Virus record (IMG/VR): IMGVR_UViG_2974575442_000001 | Reading direction: 5' to 3' (one strand) | Source of the DNA: Streptomyces virus Karimac | Taxonomy: Duplodnaviria > Heunggongvirae > Uroviricota > Caudoviricetes | DNA: 64,000 bases | Shown here: positions 28,669-37,978 of the stretch, piece after piece | Numbering within the stretch: the first letter of the stretch is position 1 | Layout of the letters: the number at the start of each line of letters is the position of its first letter | The notes under the pieces: generated by a model | Databases searched by the model: none | What the model was told of the DNA's origin: nothing | Seen by the model: only the letters and a program-made list of their open reading frames with translations | Translations under genes and position numbers: made by a program

Positions 28669-28740
28669 GGTCCTTTGGCAGAGATGGTAATGCGCCGGTC
28701 TGAAAAGCCGGATATCTCAGTTCGATTCTGAGGGGGACCA
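28669..28740 (+). tRNA. tRNA-Phe (anticodon GAA)
   Basis: Acceptor ggtcctt/ggggacc, anticodon stem ccggt/gccgg with loop ctGAAaa, T-arm ctcagttcgattctgag. Confidence 0.75.
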
Positions 28741-28741
28741 C

Positions 28742-28819
28742 AATGACTTATGGGAGTTGAGAGGCATCACATGCCCGACTGTAATCGGGTGATCGCAGGT
28801 TCGAATCCTGCCCCTATGG
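28742..28819 (+). tRNA. tRNA-like element without pairing acceptor stem
   Basis: Perfect T-arm gcaggttcgaatcctgc; extended hairpin atcac-atg-cccga-ctgtaa-tcggg-gtgat; 3' ccctatg has no 5' partner. Confidence 0.25.
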
Positions 28820-28826
28820 TCAGCAA

Positions 28827-28897
28827 TCCGCAGTGGTGAAATGGTATCATGCGACCTTGCCAAGGTTGTGGCGCGAGTTCGATTCTCGTCTGCGGGA
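28827..28897 (+). tRNA. tRNA-Gly (anticodon GCC)
   Basis: Acceptor tccgcag/ctgcggg, D stem gtga/tcat, anticodon loop ttGCCaa, T-arm gcgagttcgattctcgt. Confidence 0.7.
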
Positions 28898-28902
28898 CTC
28901 TT

Positions 28903-28975
28903 GCCCCGGTAGCGTAGTGGATAACGCGGCTGTCTTCTAAACAGTTATAGGCAGGTTCGATTCCTGTCCGGGGTA
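28903..28975 (+). tRNA. tRNA-Arg (anticodon TCT)
   Basis: Acceptor gccccgg/ccggggt, D stem gcgt/acgc, anticodon stem gctgt/acagt with loop ctTCTaa, T-arm gcaggttcgattcctgt. Confidence 0.75.
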
Positions 28976-29498
28976 CTTTCTACATTGGAGGCGACGTGCC
29001 TGTAACGATGACTGAGCTTTTTCTGGCCGGTGTGATTGAGCATCATGGCGTAGAGTCAAACGGCGAAGCTCTAGTGAAGATTAATTGGGATGTTCTTCGC
29101 GAATACAACTATGATCTCTATGTTCACATGAAGGCGGCGGAGATTGACGCCGACCTAGATGGTGATACAATGGAGCCATGAATACATACGAAGTAGCTGT
29201 CAGCCTATTGGTTACAGTGGAAGCACCCGATGAGTCAGATGCAAGAGAAGCAGTCCGCGATGCATTTGATGTTGGCGAGTTCTGCGGACTAGATGTTAAA
29301 GACGTAGAGGTTGAGATCCTTGAGTCTTGATTTCAATACGATCTCTAACATGGTTCAAGATGTAGAGTTCCTGCTTAAGTGTACATTCTGTCCAGAACCA
29401 GCAACTACAGAGTTGACAGTAGAGGTTGGACCTGATACAGTAGTACCAATGCCAAGCTGCGAAGCCTGTAAGGTTGCAGAGGCAGAATGAGGCCGGAA

Positions 29499-29577
29499 GG
29501 CCAATGGGCGATTAGTGTTAGTGGAAGCACGTCTGTTTTGCAAGCAGATAGGAGGGGTTCGAGTCCCCTATTGTCCA
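29499..29577 (+). tRNA. tRNA-like element with 9-nt anticodon-position loop
   Basis: Acceptor ggccaat/attgtcc (one mismatch), T-arm aggggttcgagtcccct, hairpin gtctg-ttttgcaag-cagat. Confidence 0.3.
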
Positions 29578-29602
29578 CAACTCCTGCGCAGGAGGTGATA
29601 GA

Positions 29603-29680
29603 ATGCGAAACGAAGGCAGTATCCTATGGACGATTGTCGCAATTCTAGCGATTATCGCTCTAGTGATCTTTATTTTCTAA
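29603..29680 (+). CDS. 25-aa hydrophobic micropeptide (MRNEGSILWTIVAILAIIALVIFIF)
   Basis: Perfect SD aggagg 6 nt upstream of ATG; single predicted TM helix; preceded by small hairpin. Confidence 0.35.
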   Translation: MRNEGSILWTIVAILAIIALVIFIF

Positions 29681-29687
29681 GATTTTA

Positions 29688-29740
29688 GGCTGGCCGATAC
29701 GAACCCCATCGTATCCTCGCCCGAGGGTTAGGGACCAGCG
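29688..29740 (+). ncRNA. Y-RNA-like stem module (GGCTGGCCGA ... GGGACCAGC) upstream of tRNA-Lys
   Basis: 5' GGCTGGCC resembles Y-RNA 5' end GGCUGGUCCGA; pairs with 3' GG[A]CCAGC giving a bulged helix; two internal hairpins (gatacga/tcgtatc; cctcg/cgagg). Confidence 0.4.
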
Positions 29741-29743
29741 CTT

Positions 29744-29818
29744 GCTCCAGTCGCACAATCTGGTCGTGCAACGGACTCTTAATCCGTGTGGATGTCGGTT
29801 CAAATCCGACCTGGAGTA
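29744..29818 (+). tRNA. tRNA-Lys (anticodon CTT)
   Basis: Acceptor gctccag/ctggagt, D stem gcac/gtgc, anticodon stem acgga/tccgt with loop ctCTTaa, T-arm gtcggttcaaatccgac. Confidence 0.75.
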
Positions 29819-29874
29819 CATAAACCACCCTAGTCCTTGTGGCTAGGGTTTCTTCATATGTTACAATAGTTGGT

Positions 29875-30426
29875 ATGACTACACCAAAGAAGTACACACC
29901 AAAGCCCGGTGACATTGGGCTCACTCGTATTGGTGGTCTCACAGGAGTCCTAGTAGGTCTAGGTCAATTCATCATAAGAGACGCAAGCCGATACACCCAT
30001 GTGTTTGTTGTTTTGAACGACACAGAAGTCATCGAAGCTATGCCAGGCGGAGCGATCATCAGTCCGCTATCTAAGTATGAAGGAACTACCAAGTACGGCA
30101 GTCCGCTCGCTACCTACCTTGACATCAAGTTGACAGCAGAGCAGCGAGCACGTATCGTAGAGGAAGCTAGACAGCTCGAAGGAACACCCTACAGCTTCCT
30201 TGACTATGCTGCGCTAGCACTTGAACGATTTGGTTTTAAGTGGAAGTGGCTAGAGAACTATGTTGCTTCTACTAAGCACATGATCTGCTCCCAGCTAGCA
30301 GATGAAGTTTACAAGAGAGCTGGCGTCCATCTGTTCGAAGATGGTAGACTACCACAGAAGGTCACTCCGGGTGATCTTACCTACGTTGGAATGGACCAGC
30401 GATATGAAGAAGTGCCTGGGCTGTAA
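29875..30426 (+). CDS. papain-fold (NlpC/P60-like, permuted) peptidase/amidase
   Basis: Conserved Cys (HMICSQLADEVY) and His context; alternative GTG start at 29839. Confidence 0.4.
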   Translation: MTTPKKYTPKPGDIGLTRIGGLTGVLVGLGQFIIRDASRYTHVFVVLNDTEVIEAMPGGAIISPLSKYEGTTKYGSPLATYLDIKLTAEQRARIVEEARQLEGTPYSFLDYAALALERFGFKWKWLENYVASTKHMICSQLADEVYKRAGVHLFEDGRLPQKVTPGDLTYVGMDQRYEEVPGL

Positions 30427-30629
30427 CAAAAATAAGCCTGCTAACGACTTCGGAACGACCGGTAACGCAAGAGCCTTGTGCTCCAAGTGCAGATCTGGTA
30501 CAGTAGTAAGAACGAACAAGGGTACAGGTCGAAAGACTGCCGATGGCGTCTGGATTGGAAACATCTTCGCAGGCATTGCAGATTTCCTCGGAAGTCTGGT
30601 AGACTAAGTACAACGCCCGAAAGGGCTAT

Positions 30630-30705
30630 TCCGGTGGGGCAACTTTTGGCAGTTGCAACGAGCTGTTAACTCGTCACCCAGCAGGTTCGATTCCTGCCAC
30701 CGGAG
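30630..30705 (+). tRNA. tRNA-Asn (anticodon GTT)
   Basis: Acceptor tccggtg/caccgga, D stem gcaa/ttgc, anticodon stem acgag/ctcgt with loop ctGTTaa, T-arm gcaggttcgattcctgc. Confidence 0.8.
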
Positions 30706-30837
30706 CTGGCCGCCAAAGCTTGGAGAGATAGCTACTCTGGGCAAGGATATGCATGGATGGTAGCGTAAGTATTCTAGAACAGGCTTACGTAAGAGTAGAT
30801 GCGAAACAGGGAGATAAGCCCTGCACCGGCCAACCAC

Positions 30838-30866
30838 TTGACACACTAGCTATCACGCACTAGGAT
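30838..30866 (+). promoter_or_regulatory. promoter TTGACA-17-TAGGAT
   Basis: Consensus -35, 17-nt spacer, TAGGAT -10; 7 nt upstream of small ORF ATG 30873. Confidence 0.55.
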
Positions 30867-31466
30867 GGAAGCATGGAAAACATCGAGTGCTGGTTGATCA
30901 CTGAGTCAGTAGGTCTTCTTCACGGAACTTACAAGAACGAACTTGTGGTCAGGCACAACAGACTGTGGGTCTGGTACAAGAGCGATTCTGGTACCGAGTG
31001 GACCTTGCAAAATCCGAACATGATTGTTGTTGACGAGGAGCTGTGAATGCCCTAGATGAATATCTAGGATGCACCAGAGAAACAAAGAGATTCGATGTGA
31101 CTCTTAAGGTTGCAGCCTGGGACAGCAAAAATCACAAGGGTCCTCAGCCTGGTGCAAAAGGGAAGTGCTTCGAGCAGCGAAAGATTGATGGAGATTGGTA
31201 TTACTACATCAGGTTTCCTGGCTGGAAGGAATTTCATATCGCACTGGCAACCCAGGTGACAAAGTAACTTAGCTCACGGCACGTAGATTCTAAGATCGAA
31301 GGGGTTTTACGTCTTTTCAAATCCCGGCGTCGAAGATGAAGAACAGTTTAGCGGCTGTACTTGTACAAGAGGAAGACGTTGAGTACAATCGTGCTAGAGT
31401 AAAAGAAGCTGACGGACAGCTTAGAGCAAGAGACCTCGCTCAAAGAGGGAATGCTGCATCCGACTA

Positions 31467-31539
31467 TGGCCTATAGCTTAATTGGCAGAGCGGTTGGTTG
31501 TTACCCAATCTGGTGCAGGTTCGAGTCCTGCTAGGTCAG
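31467..31539 (+). tRNA. tRNA, probable second Asn (anticodon GTT)
   Basis: Acceptor tggccta/taggtca (one G-T), anticodon stem gttgg/ccaat with loop ttGTTac, T-arm gcaggttcgagtcctgc. Confidence 0.5.
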
Positions 31540-31568
31540 CTCCACAAAACAGCTAACAAAGGATATAA

Positions 31569-32435
31569 ATGGGTTACCTCATTTTCGCGGTGATCTTCAC
31601 CGTAATCACCCTCGGTGGTATTGGCCTCTTCCTCTTCACAAAGGATAAGCTGGCACTAGCCGTGGGAGCTGTTGGTGGCACAGTGCTGATTGCTGGATCA
31701 TTCCTATGGTCCATCACCAGCGTAGATAGCCGTAGCGTTGGTATCCAGACGTCATTTAATCGATACCAGGGAACGCTTAAGAGTGGTTTCCAGCTTACGG
31801 CTCCGTGGTCAGAGCATGAGGACTTTACTACACGAATTCAGTACCTCGACCTTGATGGTGAGAAGTGGGCCGATGGCGCACCGGTTACTTTTGAGGGCGG
31901 CGGTCGTGGTGTTGTCTTTGCTACTCCTCGTTGGAAGATTGACGAGGCTTCTGCTGGTAAGCTTTGGAACAAGTACAAGACTTTCGACAACGTTCGGGAT
32001 CAGCTTGTTCGTTCCTCAGTGAAGGATTCATTCCGAGCTGTGCTTACTGCCTACACTCCGAATGAGGCTCGTGAGAATATTCGCGAGATTACTCGTGAGG
32101 TAGAAGCGGATCTGGCTGCGACCCTTACTGATGATGGTATCAAGATCGACTCCATCAGCATTAAGGACATCAAGCTTGACGACCGTACACAGGCTTCTCT
32201 TGACAAGATCGTCCAGGCTAACAACGACATTGAGCGCGCTAAGGCTGAGCAGGAGCGTGCCAAGATCGATGCCGAGACGCTTAAGATCAAGGAGAAGGCT
32301 GGTAACCTTACTCAGGGTGGTCTGGCCGATAAGTGCCTGACTGTCATGGATAAGTGGGATGTCAAGAAGAACGGTCCGGCACCTGCTGCGGGCTTCTGCA
32401 ATGGGCTGCTTCCGTTCACTGTCACCAACAAGTAA
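31569..32435 (+). CDS. SPFH/band-7 (prohibitin/stomatin-like) membrane protein
   Basis: N-terminal TM helices then SPFH-like core and coiled-coil C-terminus (AKAEQERAKIDAETLKIKE). Confidence 0.55.
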   Translation: MGYLIFAVIFTVITLGGIGLFLFTKDKLALAVGAVGGTVLIAGSFLWSITSVDSRSVGIQTSFNRYQGTLKSGFQLTAPWSEHEDFTTRIQYLDLDGEKWADGAPVTFEGGGRGVVFATPRWKIDEASAGKLWNKYKTFDNVRDQLVRSSVKDSFRAVLTAYTPNEARENIREITREVEADLAATLTDDGIKIDSISIKDIKLDDRTQASLDKIVQANNDIERAKAEQERAKIDAETLKIKEKAGNLTQGGLADKCLTVMDKWDVKKNGPAPAAGFCNGLLPFTVTNK

Positions 32436-32475
32436 GAATCATCGCAGTGAGATAATTTCAATCTGCTCTCGTCAT

Positions 32476-32499
32476 GCCGGTCCTTCGGGACCGGCTTTT
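32476..32499 (+). terminator. rho-independent terminator
   Basis: 8-bp stem gccggtcc/ggaccggc, ttcg loop, TTTT run. Confidence 0.75.
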
Positions 32500-32527
32500 G
32501 GCGGTTAGAGGCCCGGTGGGAACGAGG

Positions 32528-32556
32528 TTGACACCACTCCTTGCCTCTAGTACAGT
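32528..32556 (+). promoter_or_regulatory. promoter TTGACA-17-TACAGT
   Basis: Consensus -35; 17-nt spacer; upstream of small ORF 32617. Confidence 0.5.
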
Positions 32557-33193
32557 AGTAACAAGCGAGCAAGCAGAAAGTGTGGTATCCTTTAATACAC
32601 AATTAAAGGAGCCGTTATGCTTAAGTTCGCTAAGAATCTAAAGCCTGGTGACATCACATCATATGGACGTGTGGTCGCCAATCAGGTACTATGGACTAAC
32701 AACACTGTTCAGCTTACGATAGCAGAACAGAGCGAGAACGTGTACATTCGAAAGTATAAGATCGTTCGGACTAACAAAGGATAAGAATTGAGCATCGAAG
32801 ACGACATTGCCAAGGAAATTGCAGGCGAAGCTGAGGCTGAGGCTGCTACCGGCAAGTCTTGGAAGCGTATTGCCGCTGAGGCAGCCTGGAAGTTTTCCAA
32901 GGAAAAGGGTTATCCTGCTTTCCGCGCTGGTGTAAAGTATCTTTACGCACATGGTAAGGATCTCAAGAACAAGCCAATGAAGACTGGCGAGAAGAAGGCT
33001 TCCGCTCTGCGCGTTGGCGATGTAACCGTTCTTGGTCAGGTTTCAGAGGCCAAGCGAGACCCGATTGAGAAGAATGTGTATCAGATCTCATTCATCTCTT
33101 CAACTGGAATCAAGATCGAGAAGGTTCCAGCGAATAAGAAGTTTGGCGTTGTAGAGCGCCGACAGGTCAAGTGATCATCGGCCTTCGGGCCTA

Positions 33194-33265
33194 GTCTCCA
33201 TAGTTTAATGGACAGAACGGTTGCCTCCTAAGCAACAGATTCCGGTTCGAATCCGGGTGGGGACA
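33194..33265 (+). tRNA. tRNA-Arg (anticodon CCT)
   Basis: Acceptor gtctcca/tggggac, anticodon stem gttgc/gcaac with loop ctCCTaa, T-arm tccggttcgaatccggg. Confidence 0.7.
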
Positions 33266-33267
33266 CG

Positions 33268-33296
33268 TTGACAGATTGGCCCGGTGAGGGTAGAGT
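33268..33296 (+). promoter_or_regulatory. promoter TTGACA-17-TAGAGT
   Basis: Directly after tRNA-Arg; drives small ORF 33348. Confidence 0.55.
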
Positions 33297-33508
33297 AGTT
33301 AACAGATCGACAGTGAGCGTCTTGGAGTACACTACACTGGAGGTCAAATGAAGGTCTGGATCGTAACGACGGACATCTGCTGCTGCGGCGAAGAAATCTT
33401 GGAAGTCTTTTCAACCGAAGAGAAGGCCAAGGAGTTCGTTGACAGCGGAGAGAAGTTCAAGTACGCTGAGATCACAGAATGGGAAGCGAAGTAAGGCCGA
33501 AAGGCCCT

Positions 33509-33581
33509 GGGGTTGTAGCTCAATTGGAAGAGCATCTGCATGGCATGCAGAAGGTTGTGGGTTCGAGTCCCATCTTCTCCA
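33509..33581 (+). tRNA. tRNA-Ala (anticodon GGC), weak acceptor stem
   Basis: G3-T70 wobble present, D stem gctc/gagc, anticodon stem tctgc/gcaga with loop atGGCat, T-arm gtgggttcgagtcccat; two T-T mismatches in acceptor. Confidence 0.5.
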
Positions 33582-33831
33582 CTCTTTTAATGGTTCTTCA
33601 CAGAGGTGATAGTAACCATGCGGGTCAGCTCTAGCAGGCTGATATTGGGTGCAAGGTAATAGCCCGTATAAACCCCTTGCAACTCACAGACTACATGTGC
33701 TAGCATGGTGAGTATGGCGGTGAAGGGTTAGTCACCCTGACCTAGCTTTTATATCGAGGCCCTAAGCCTCAAGCCTAGCCTAATAGGAACAACCGCTGAT
33801 GAAGTTGGCACTCATTGGTGAGGTTGTGTAA

Positions 33832-33904
33832 GCTCCGGTAGCTCAGTTGGTAGAGCAGTTGACTCTTAATCATCAGGTCCACGGTTCGAGTCCGTGTCGG
33901 AGTA
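33832..33904 (+). tRNA. tRNA-Lys (anticodon CTT)
   Basis: Strong similarity to E. coli tRNA-Lys backbone (gctcagttggtagagcagttgact...); loop ctCTTaa. Confidence 0.65.
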
Positions 33905-34029
33905 CAAAGCGATTATGCATGATCGCTCAATCGTATTGGGGTTCGATTCCCTCTGGTGAAACAATACGGTGTAATTGAGTAGGAAAAGGCGGCACCATTA
34001 TGCGGTGCGCTGTCTAGCCTCTCTCTTAT

Positions 34030-34103
34030 GATCCAGTCGCACAATTGGCCGTGCAATGGGCTCTTAACCCTTGCGGATGTGAGTTCGAGTCTCACCTGGA
34101 TCA
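34030..34103 (+). tRNA. tRNA-Lys (anticodon CTT), paralogue of 29744
   Basis: Acceptor gatccag/ctggatc, D stem gcac/gtgc, loop ctCTTaa, T-arm gtgagttcgagtctcac. Confidence 0.6.
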
Positions 34104-34466
34104 CGTTTGGAAGCAGGCAAGCACACGCCCCACGACTAGCCCAGAAGCCTGTGTAAGCTAGTCCGGCATAGAAGCGGCGCAGACAAGGGAAGGGCCGCCA
34201 GGTGGGAGTACCGCTACAGTGTGGCGATTGTAGTAGGCACAAGGGATGAGACCACCAGCCAACATTAATTCAATTCTCTGGGGAGCTATGGCTAACAACA
34301 AGGTATGGAAGGTCGGGGACAAGGTAAAGTCCAACGACAACAAGTACAGTGGCAAGGTTGTTGAGATTGTCAACGAGACACATGTAAATGTTGACGTTGA
34401 TGGATATGGCAAGATGCAGTTCCGCAACAGGGAGCTAAAGCGCCAGTACGGCGGCTGAGGCCCCAT

Positions 34467-34541
34467 GATTCCTTAGCTCAGTTGGTAGAGCACCAGACTT
34501 TTAATCTGTTGTGGTCCTCGGTTCGAGTCCGAGAGGAATCA
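34467..34541 (+). tRNA. tRNA-Lys (anticodon TTT)
   Basis: Acceptor gattcct/aggaatc, D stem gctc/gagc, loop ctTTTaa, T-arm ctcggttcgagtccgag. Confidence 0.75.
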
Positions 34542-34726
34542 CGTGAAAAATGGTGAGATAGTCAAGATAACGGACGGCCCAAATAAGGGTAAGTCGGGCA
34601 TAATAGAAGGTAAGGCTGGTAAGACGTACATTGTCAGAACAAACAGTGGTACATTCTATGTTCACGAGAACCACGTAAAACGAGCTTGACAGCAACACCA
34701 TCTAGGAGTAGAGTTACTTCTAGCTT

Positions 34727-34799
34727 CCCTCTGTGGCGCAACGGATAGCGCAGCGGTCTTCGAAGTCGTTGGTTGGGGGTTCGAATCCCTCCAGAGGGG
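34727..34799 (+). tRNA. tRNA, probable Arg (anticodon TCG)
   Basis: Perfect acceptor ccctctg/cagaggg and D stem gcgc/gcgc; anticodon loop ctTCGaa with wobble-rich stem. Confidence 0.5.
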
Positions 34800-34903
34800 C
34801 TTGACATAGCCAGACTGGCATGTCACACTGTTAACAGGACACAGCGGACAAGGCTTAGGCGGATGAAACAAGCCGGTGGGATGCGAGTGGCTGACCAGTC
34901 CTG

Positions 34904-34933
34904 TTGACACAAGCGGGGAACATTGAGTATGCT
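34904..34933 (+). promoter_or_regulatory. promoter TTGACA-18-TATGCT embedded inside a terminator hairpin
   Basis: -35/-10 lie between the two arms of inverted repeat gcggggaac (34913-21) / gttccccgc (34962-70), which is followed by TTTT. Confidence 0.5.
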
Positions 34934-35003
34934 AACCTCATAGAGGAACGACGACTAACAAGTTCCCCGCTTTTATAATATCCAATGCTATTCAAGGAGC
35001 AAC

Positions 35004-35798
35004 ATGGGAATCTTTTCCCGCAAGGTCAAGCCTGCTTTCGTTCCGGCTCAGAACCTTTCAGCTAAGAAGACTGTAAATCTTACTCCGATTGTTTCTGGTC
35101 AGCCTGCTGCGAATGTCAGCCTGATCAAGCAGAACGGTGTCTCCTTCGAGAAGAAGGTTGAAAGCGCTGTTAAGCTCCAGAAGGATGCTGGCGTTGCAAA
35201 CCGATTCGACGTAATCGGTCTTATCGATGAGTCCTACTCTATGGACTACCTGTTCGCCAACGGAACTGTTCAGACGATCTCAGAGCGTGTCCTTGCTTGG
35301 ACTGCTGGTGTTGATGCTGACGGAATGGCTCCGGTGGGCGGATTTGCCAACGGTTTCCAGTGGCATGGTGAGATCGACCTTACCAATGTCATGGGCTGTG
35401 CCTCTGGCTGGGGTTGCTGGGGTGGAACTGATCTAGCGGCTGGTCTTCGAGAGGCTTTCGAGGTCGCTAAGGGTGCTGACAACCCTGTTTATCTGTTCAT
35501 TGTCACCGATGGTGCTCCGAATGACCGACAGGCTGTCATTGACCTTATCGCTCAGATGAGCGAGTATCCGATCTTCATCAAGATTGTCCTTGTTGGTGAT
35601 GACCCGCAGGGCAAGAAGTTCGTTGAGTACCTTGACGATCTTGAGAAGCACGAGCCTGGTCGTCGTCTCTTCGACAACACTGACGCTCAGCACATCCGTG
35701 ACGCCTCTCGTGTCAGCGATGACGATTTCAACAAGGCGATGACGGAGGAAGTTCCTTCTGCGATTGACGCAATGCGTCAGGTTGGTCTGGTCGTCTGA
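35004..35798 (+). CDS. von Willebrand factor A domain protein
   Basis: MIDAS DESYSMD; vWA-like length and spacing of conserved Thr/Asp (IVTDGAPND). Confidence 0.55.
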   Translation: MGIFSRKVKPAFVPAQNLSAKKTVNLTPIVSGQPAANVSLIKQNGVSFEKKVESAVKLQKDAGVANRFDVIGLIDESYSMDYLFANGTVQTISERVLAWTAGVDADGMAPVGGFANGFQWHGEIDLTNVMGCASGWGCWGGTDLAAGLREAFEVAKGADNPVYLFIVTDGAPNDRQAVIDLIAQMSEYPIFIKIVLVGDDPQGKKFVEYLDDLEKHEPGRRLFDNTDAQHIRDASRVSDDDFNKAMTEEVPSAIDAMRQVGLVV

Positions 35799-35799
35799 T

Positions 35800-35828
35800 T
35801 TGACAAGCGCTGCTTGATCCTGTAGAGT
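35800..35828 (+). promoter_or_regulatory. promoter TTGACA-17-TAGAGT
   Basis: Immediately after the vWA gene stop; drives the tRNA-Met pair. Confidence 0.55.
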
Positions 35829-35856
35829 AATTACTACAGAGGCCCGAAAGGGCAAT

Positions 35857-35928
35857 GGCTCGGTAGTGAAACGGCTATCACGCTTCGCTCATAACGAAGT
35901 ATTTCGGGTTCGAGTCCCGGCTGAGCTA
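35857..35928 (+). tRNA. tRNA-Met elongator-type (anticodon CAT)
   Basis: Acceptor ggctcgg/ctgagct, D stem gtga/tcac, anticodon stem cttcg/cgaag with loop ctCATaa, T-arm tcgggttcgagtcccgg. Confidence 0.7.
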
Positions 35929-35931
35929 CAA

Positions 35932-36000
35932 AGCGGATTAGTGAAACGGTATCACGCGAGGCTCATAATCTCGTATTCCTGTTCGAATCAGGGTCCGCCC
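35932..36000 (+). tRNA. second CAT-anticodon tRNA (Ile-lysidine or initiator-like; unpaired 1:72)
   Basis: Paralogue of the previous tRNA; loop ctCATaa; A1xC72 mismatch and short T stem. Confidence 0.45.
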
Positions 36001-36567
36001 CCACTTAACCTGGAGATGACATGGCTTGCTTCGAAGTTGATGAAGAAGTTGTTGCAAATAAGGCAGCAGAGATGCTACGATACTTCAAGAGTGACGAAGC
36101 CAAGAGGAAGATGCTAGAAATAGCACGAGAGCTTCCTGACATCGCCAAGGTTGATTACATTTCACTTATGTCAAAGTGATAGTGAAAGGAAGCATCATAC
36201 CGATGCGATACGACTAAACTCCTTCTACCGTCAAAAGTAGAAGGAGGTGCAAATGCCAGGACCAATGAGTCGCCCCGATGGTGTTCGAGAGAATGCCGAA
36301 CAGCGCAAGGAGCGCGGGCGAAAGATTATTGCCGGTAAGCCTGTTAAGACAGGCAAGACAGCTAAGAGGTGAACTTGGCTAAGAGAGAGCAAGTTGGAAC
36401 AGCCTTCTCTCTCGAAGAGAAGAAGTCTACGCAAGAGCGGCTAGAAAAGCTCTTGAAGAGTCGGAAGGCAAAGGGTAGACTGGAAGTAGTTCACAAGACG
36501 CAAGGAAAGACCAAGCATCGCTGGGAATTCTGGTACGTCGAAGATTGAAAACGGCCTTCGGGCCTAA

Positions 36568-36650
36568 GCATGAGCGGCGAAGTTGGAGAGACGCGACGGT
36601 CTGTAAAACCGTTCCCTCTGGGTGAGTCAGTTCGAATCTGACCTCATGCA
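36568..36650 (+). tRNA. tRNA-Tyr (anticodon GTA), class II
   Basis: Perfect acceptor gcatgag/ctcatgc, anticodon stem acggt/accgt with loop ctGTAaa, variable stem ccc/ggg, T-arm gtcagttcgaatctgac. Confidence 0.75.
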
Positions 36651-36839
36651 CGCAACAGGCAAAGTCATACCTTAACTAGCTAGGGGTCCTGGAGAAAAGT
36701 GACTAGCTGAGCGGGAAGTGATTCCCCTTCTGGGCTGACAACCGCGACTGTCAATCCGTGCGCGGCACACGGAAAAGCTATCGAGTTTACCCATCAGGGC
36801 GACGGTCCAAAATGCGTAATCAGATAGCATGCCCCATCT

Positions 36840-36911
36840 GCATGTAAGCCAGGGATAAGCTAGGCGGGCCTGTAAAGCCCTACCTCGTTGGTTCGAATCC
36901 AACTACATGCA
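36840..36911 (+). tRNA. class-I tRNA with Tyr anticodon GTA (short variable arm)
   Basis: Perfect acceptor gcatgta/tacatgc, loop ctGTAaa on 4-bp stem, T-arm gttggttcgaatccaac. Confidence 0.45.
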
Positions 36912-36913
36912 CT

Positions 36914-36986
36914 GTGACGTAAGCCGAGCGGCTAAGGCACTTGGTTGTGACCCAAGGTTTGGCGGGTTCGACTCCCGTACGTCACC
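36914..36986 (+). tRNA. tRNA-His (anticodon GTG), no encoded G-1
   Basis: Perfect acceptor gtgacgt/acgtcac, discriminator C, anticodon stem cttgg/ccaag with loop ttGTGac, T-arm gcgggttcgactcccgt. Confidence 0.7.
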
Positions 36987-37018
36987 CTCTACAACGTCCC
37001 TCTAACATTGGAAAATAC

Positions 37019-37396
37019 ATGGAAGACAAGTGGGGCAAGCAGGGTTTTCTCAATCCCGTAGACAGCCGTGATGACGGTTGGTACAAGTTCGCTACTGAGT
37101 TCACCAAGGACGAACGAAAGATCGTCGTGAACACTCAGTTCACAATCTCAGACTGTTCAAACAAGGCTTATCTAGAGTTTGATGTTCGATACCTTTACTT
37201 TGGAACCGACGCTCTTGATGAGATCGCTGAGCGACAGAAGGAACTAAACGCCCGGCGAAAGAAGGTCAAGGAACTTCGTGATGCTGTAGCTGAATGGGCA
37301 GAAGGAACCCTCGCTATTTATGACAAATACGAGGATGCCCTAAAGAGCATCAAGAAGGAAGCCAAGAAGAATGCAAAGAAGAAGGGTAATAAGTAG
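37019..37396 (+). CDS. hypothetical protein
   Basis: ATG 37019 after tRNA-His; Lys-rich C-terminus. Confidence 0.4.
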   Translation: MEDKWGKQGFLNPVDSRDDGWYKFATEFTKDERKIVVNTQFTISDCSNKAYLEFDVRYLYFGTDALDEIAERQKELNARRKKVKELRDAVAEWAEGTLAIYDKYEDALKSIKKEAKKNAKKKGNK

Positions 37397-37703
37397 TCTT
37401 GCGATCTTGCTACTGACTGTAGTAGGATGTAGTCATGAGAATTCAGATCTCTCAACCAGAGATAAGGCTTTTGTCAAGACTGTGAGACAAGAGATCACAG
37501 CGGCAGAAGACAAGTCTGATGGTCAATTGATTGAGTCTGCCAAGGCTGTCTGCAATGTGGCGAAGGATGAACACAACTTCCTTGCTGTAGTTAGCAGAAC
37601 TCGCCCGGCGCTAGGATTTACACCTAGTGATACCTCATACTATGTAGGTGCATCAATAGCTGCTTACTGCCCTGAAAATCTAGATATCATTCCTGGAGCG
37701 TAA
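37371..37703 (+). CDS. lipoprotein
   Basis: Signal peptide with lipobox LTVVGCS. Confidence 0.45.
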   Translation: MQRRRVISSLAILLLTVVGCSHENSDLSTRDKAFVKTVRQEITAAEDKSDGQLIESAKAVCNVAKDEHNFLAVVSRTRPALGFTPSDTSYYVGASIAAYCPENLDIIPGA

Positions 37704-37978
37704 GATGCAGATCGGTTTTGAATACATTGAGGGCAGCGGTCCATTCACAGTTGTTGGATATATCGGAGACAGCTTCAATCCTTTGAAGCAGCCATTCGAA
37801 CTTCACTATCACGATGGATTCGCAGAGCTAATTGTCATCACTGATGACTTTGTAGTTCGTGCCACTGGAGAATACAATAGAGGCATCGGCGTTCTCAATG
37901 CTGGAGAAACTGGTCAGCTAATTTTCAATCTCGTTCATCAGCTTGACAACGGGGACTAACTGCTGTAATGTAGTTAAT

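Noticed and set aside
33585-33830. Possible additional tRNA in the 250-nt gap after tRNA-Ala
   Set aside because: No GTTCGA-type T arm or acceptor pairing found; only a possible promoter (TTGCAA-18-TAGCAT) and short hairpins.
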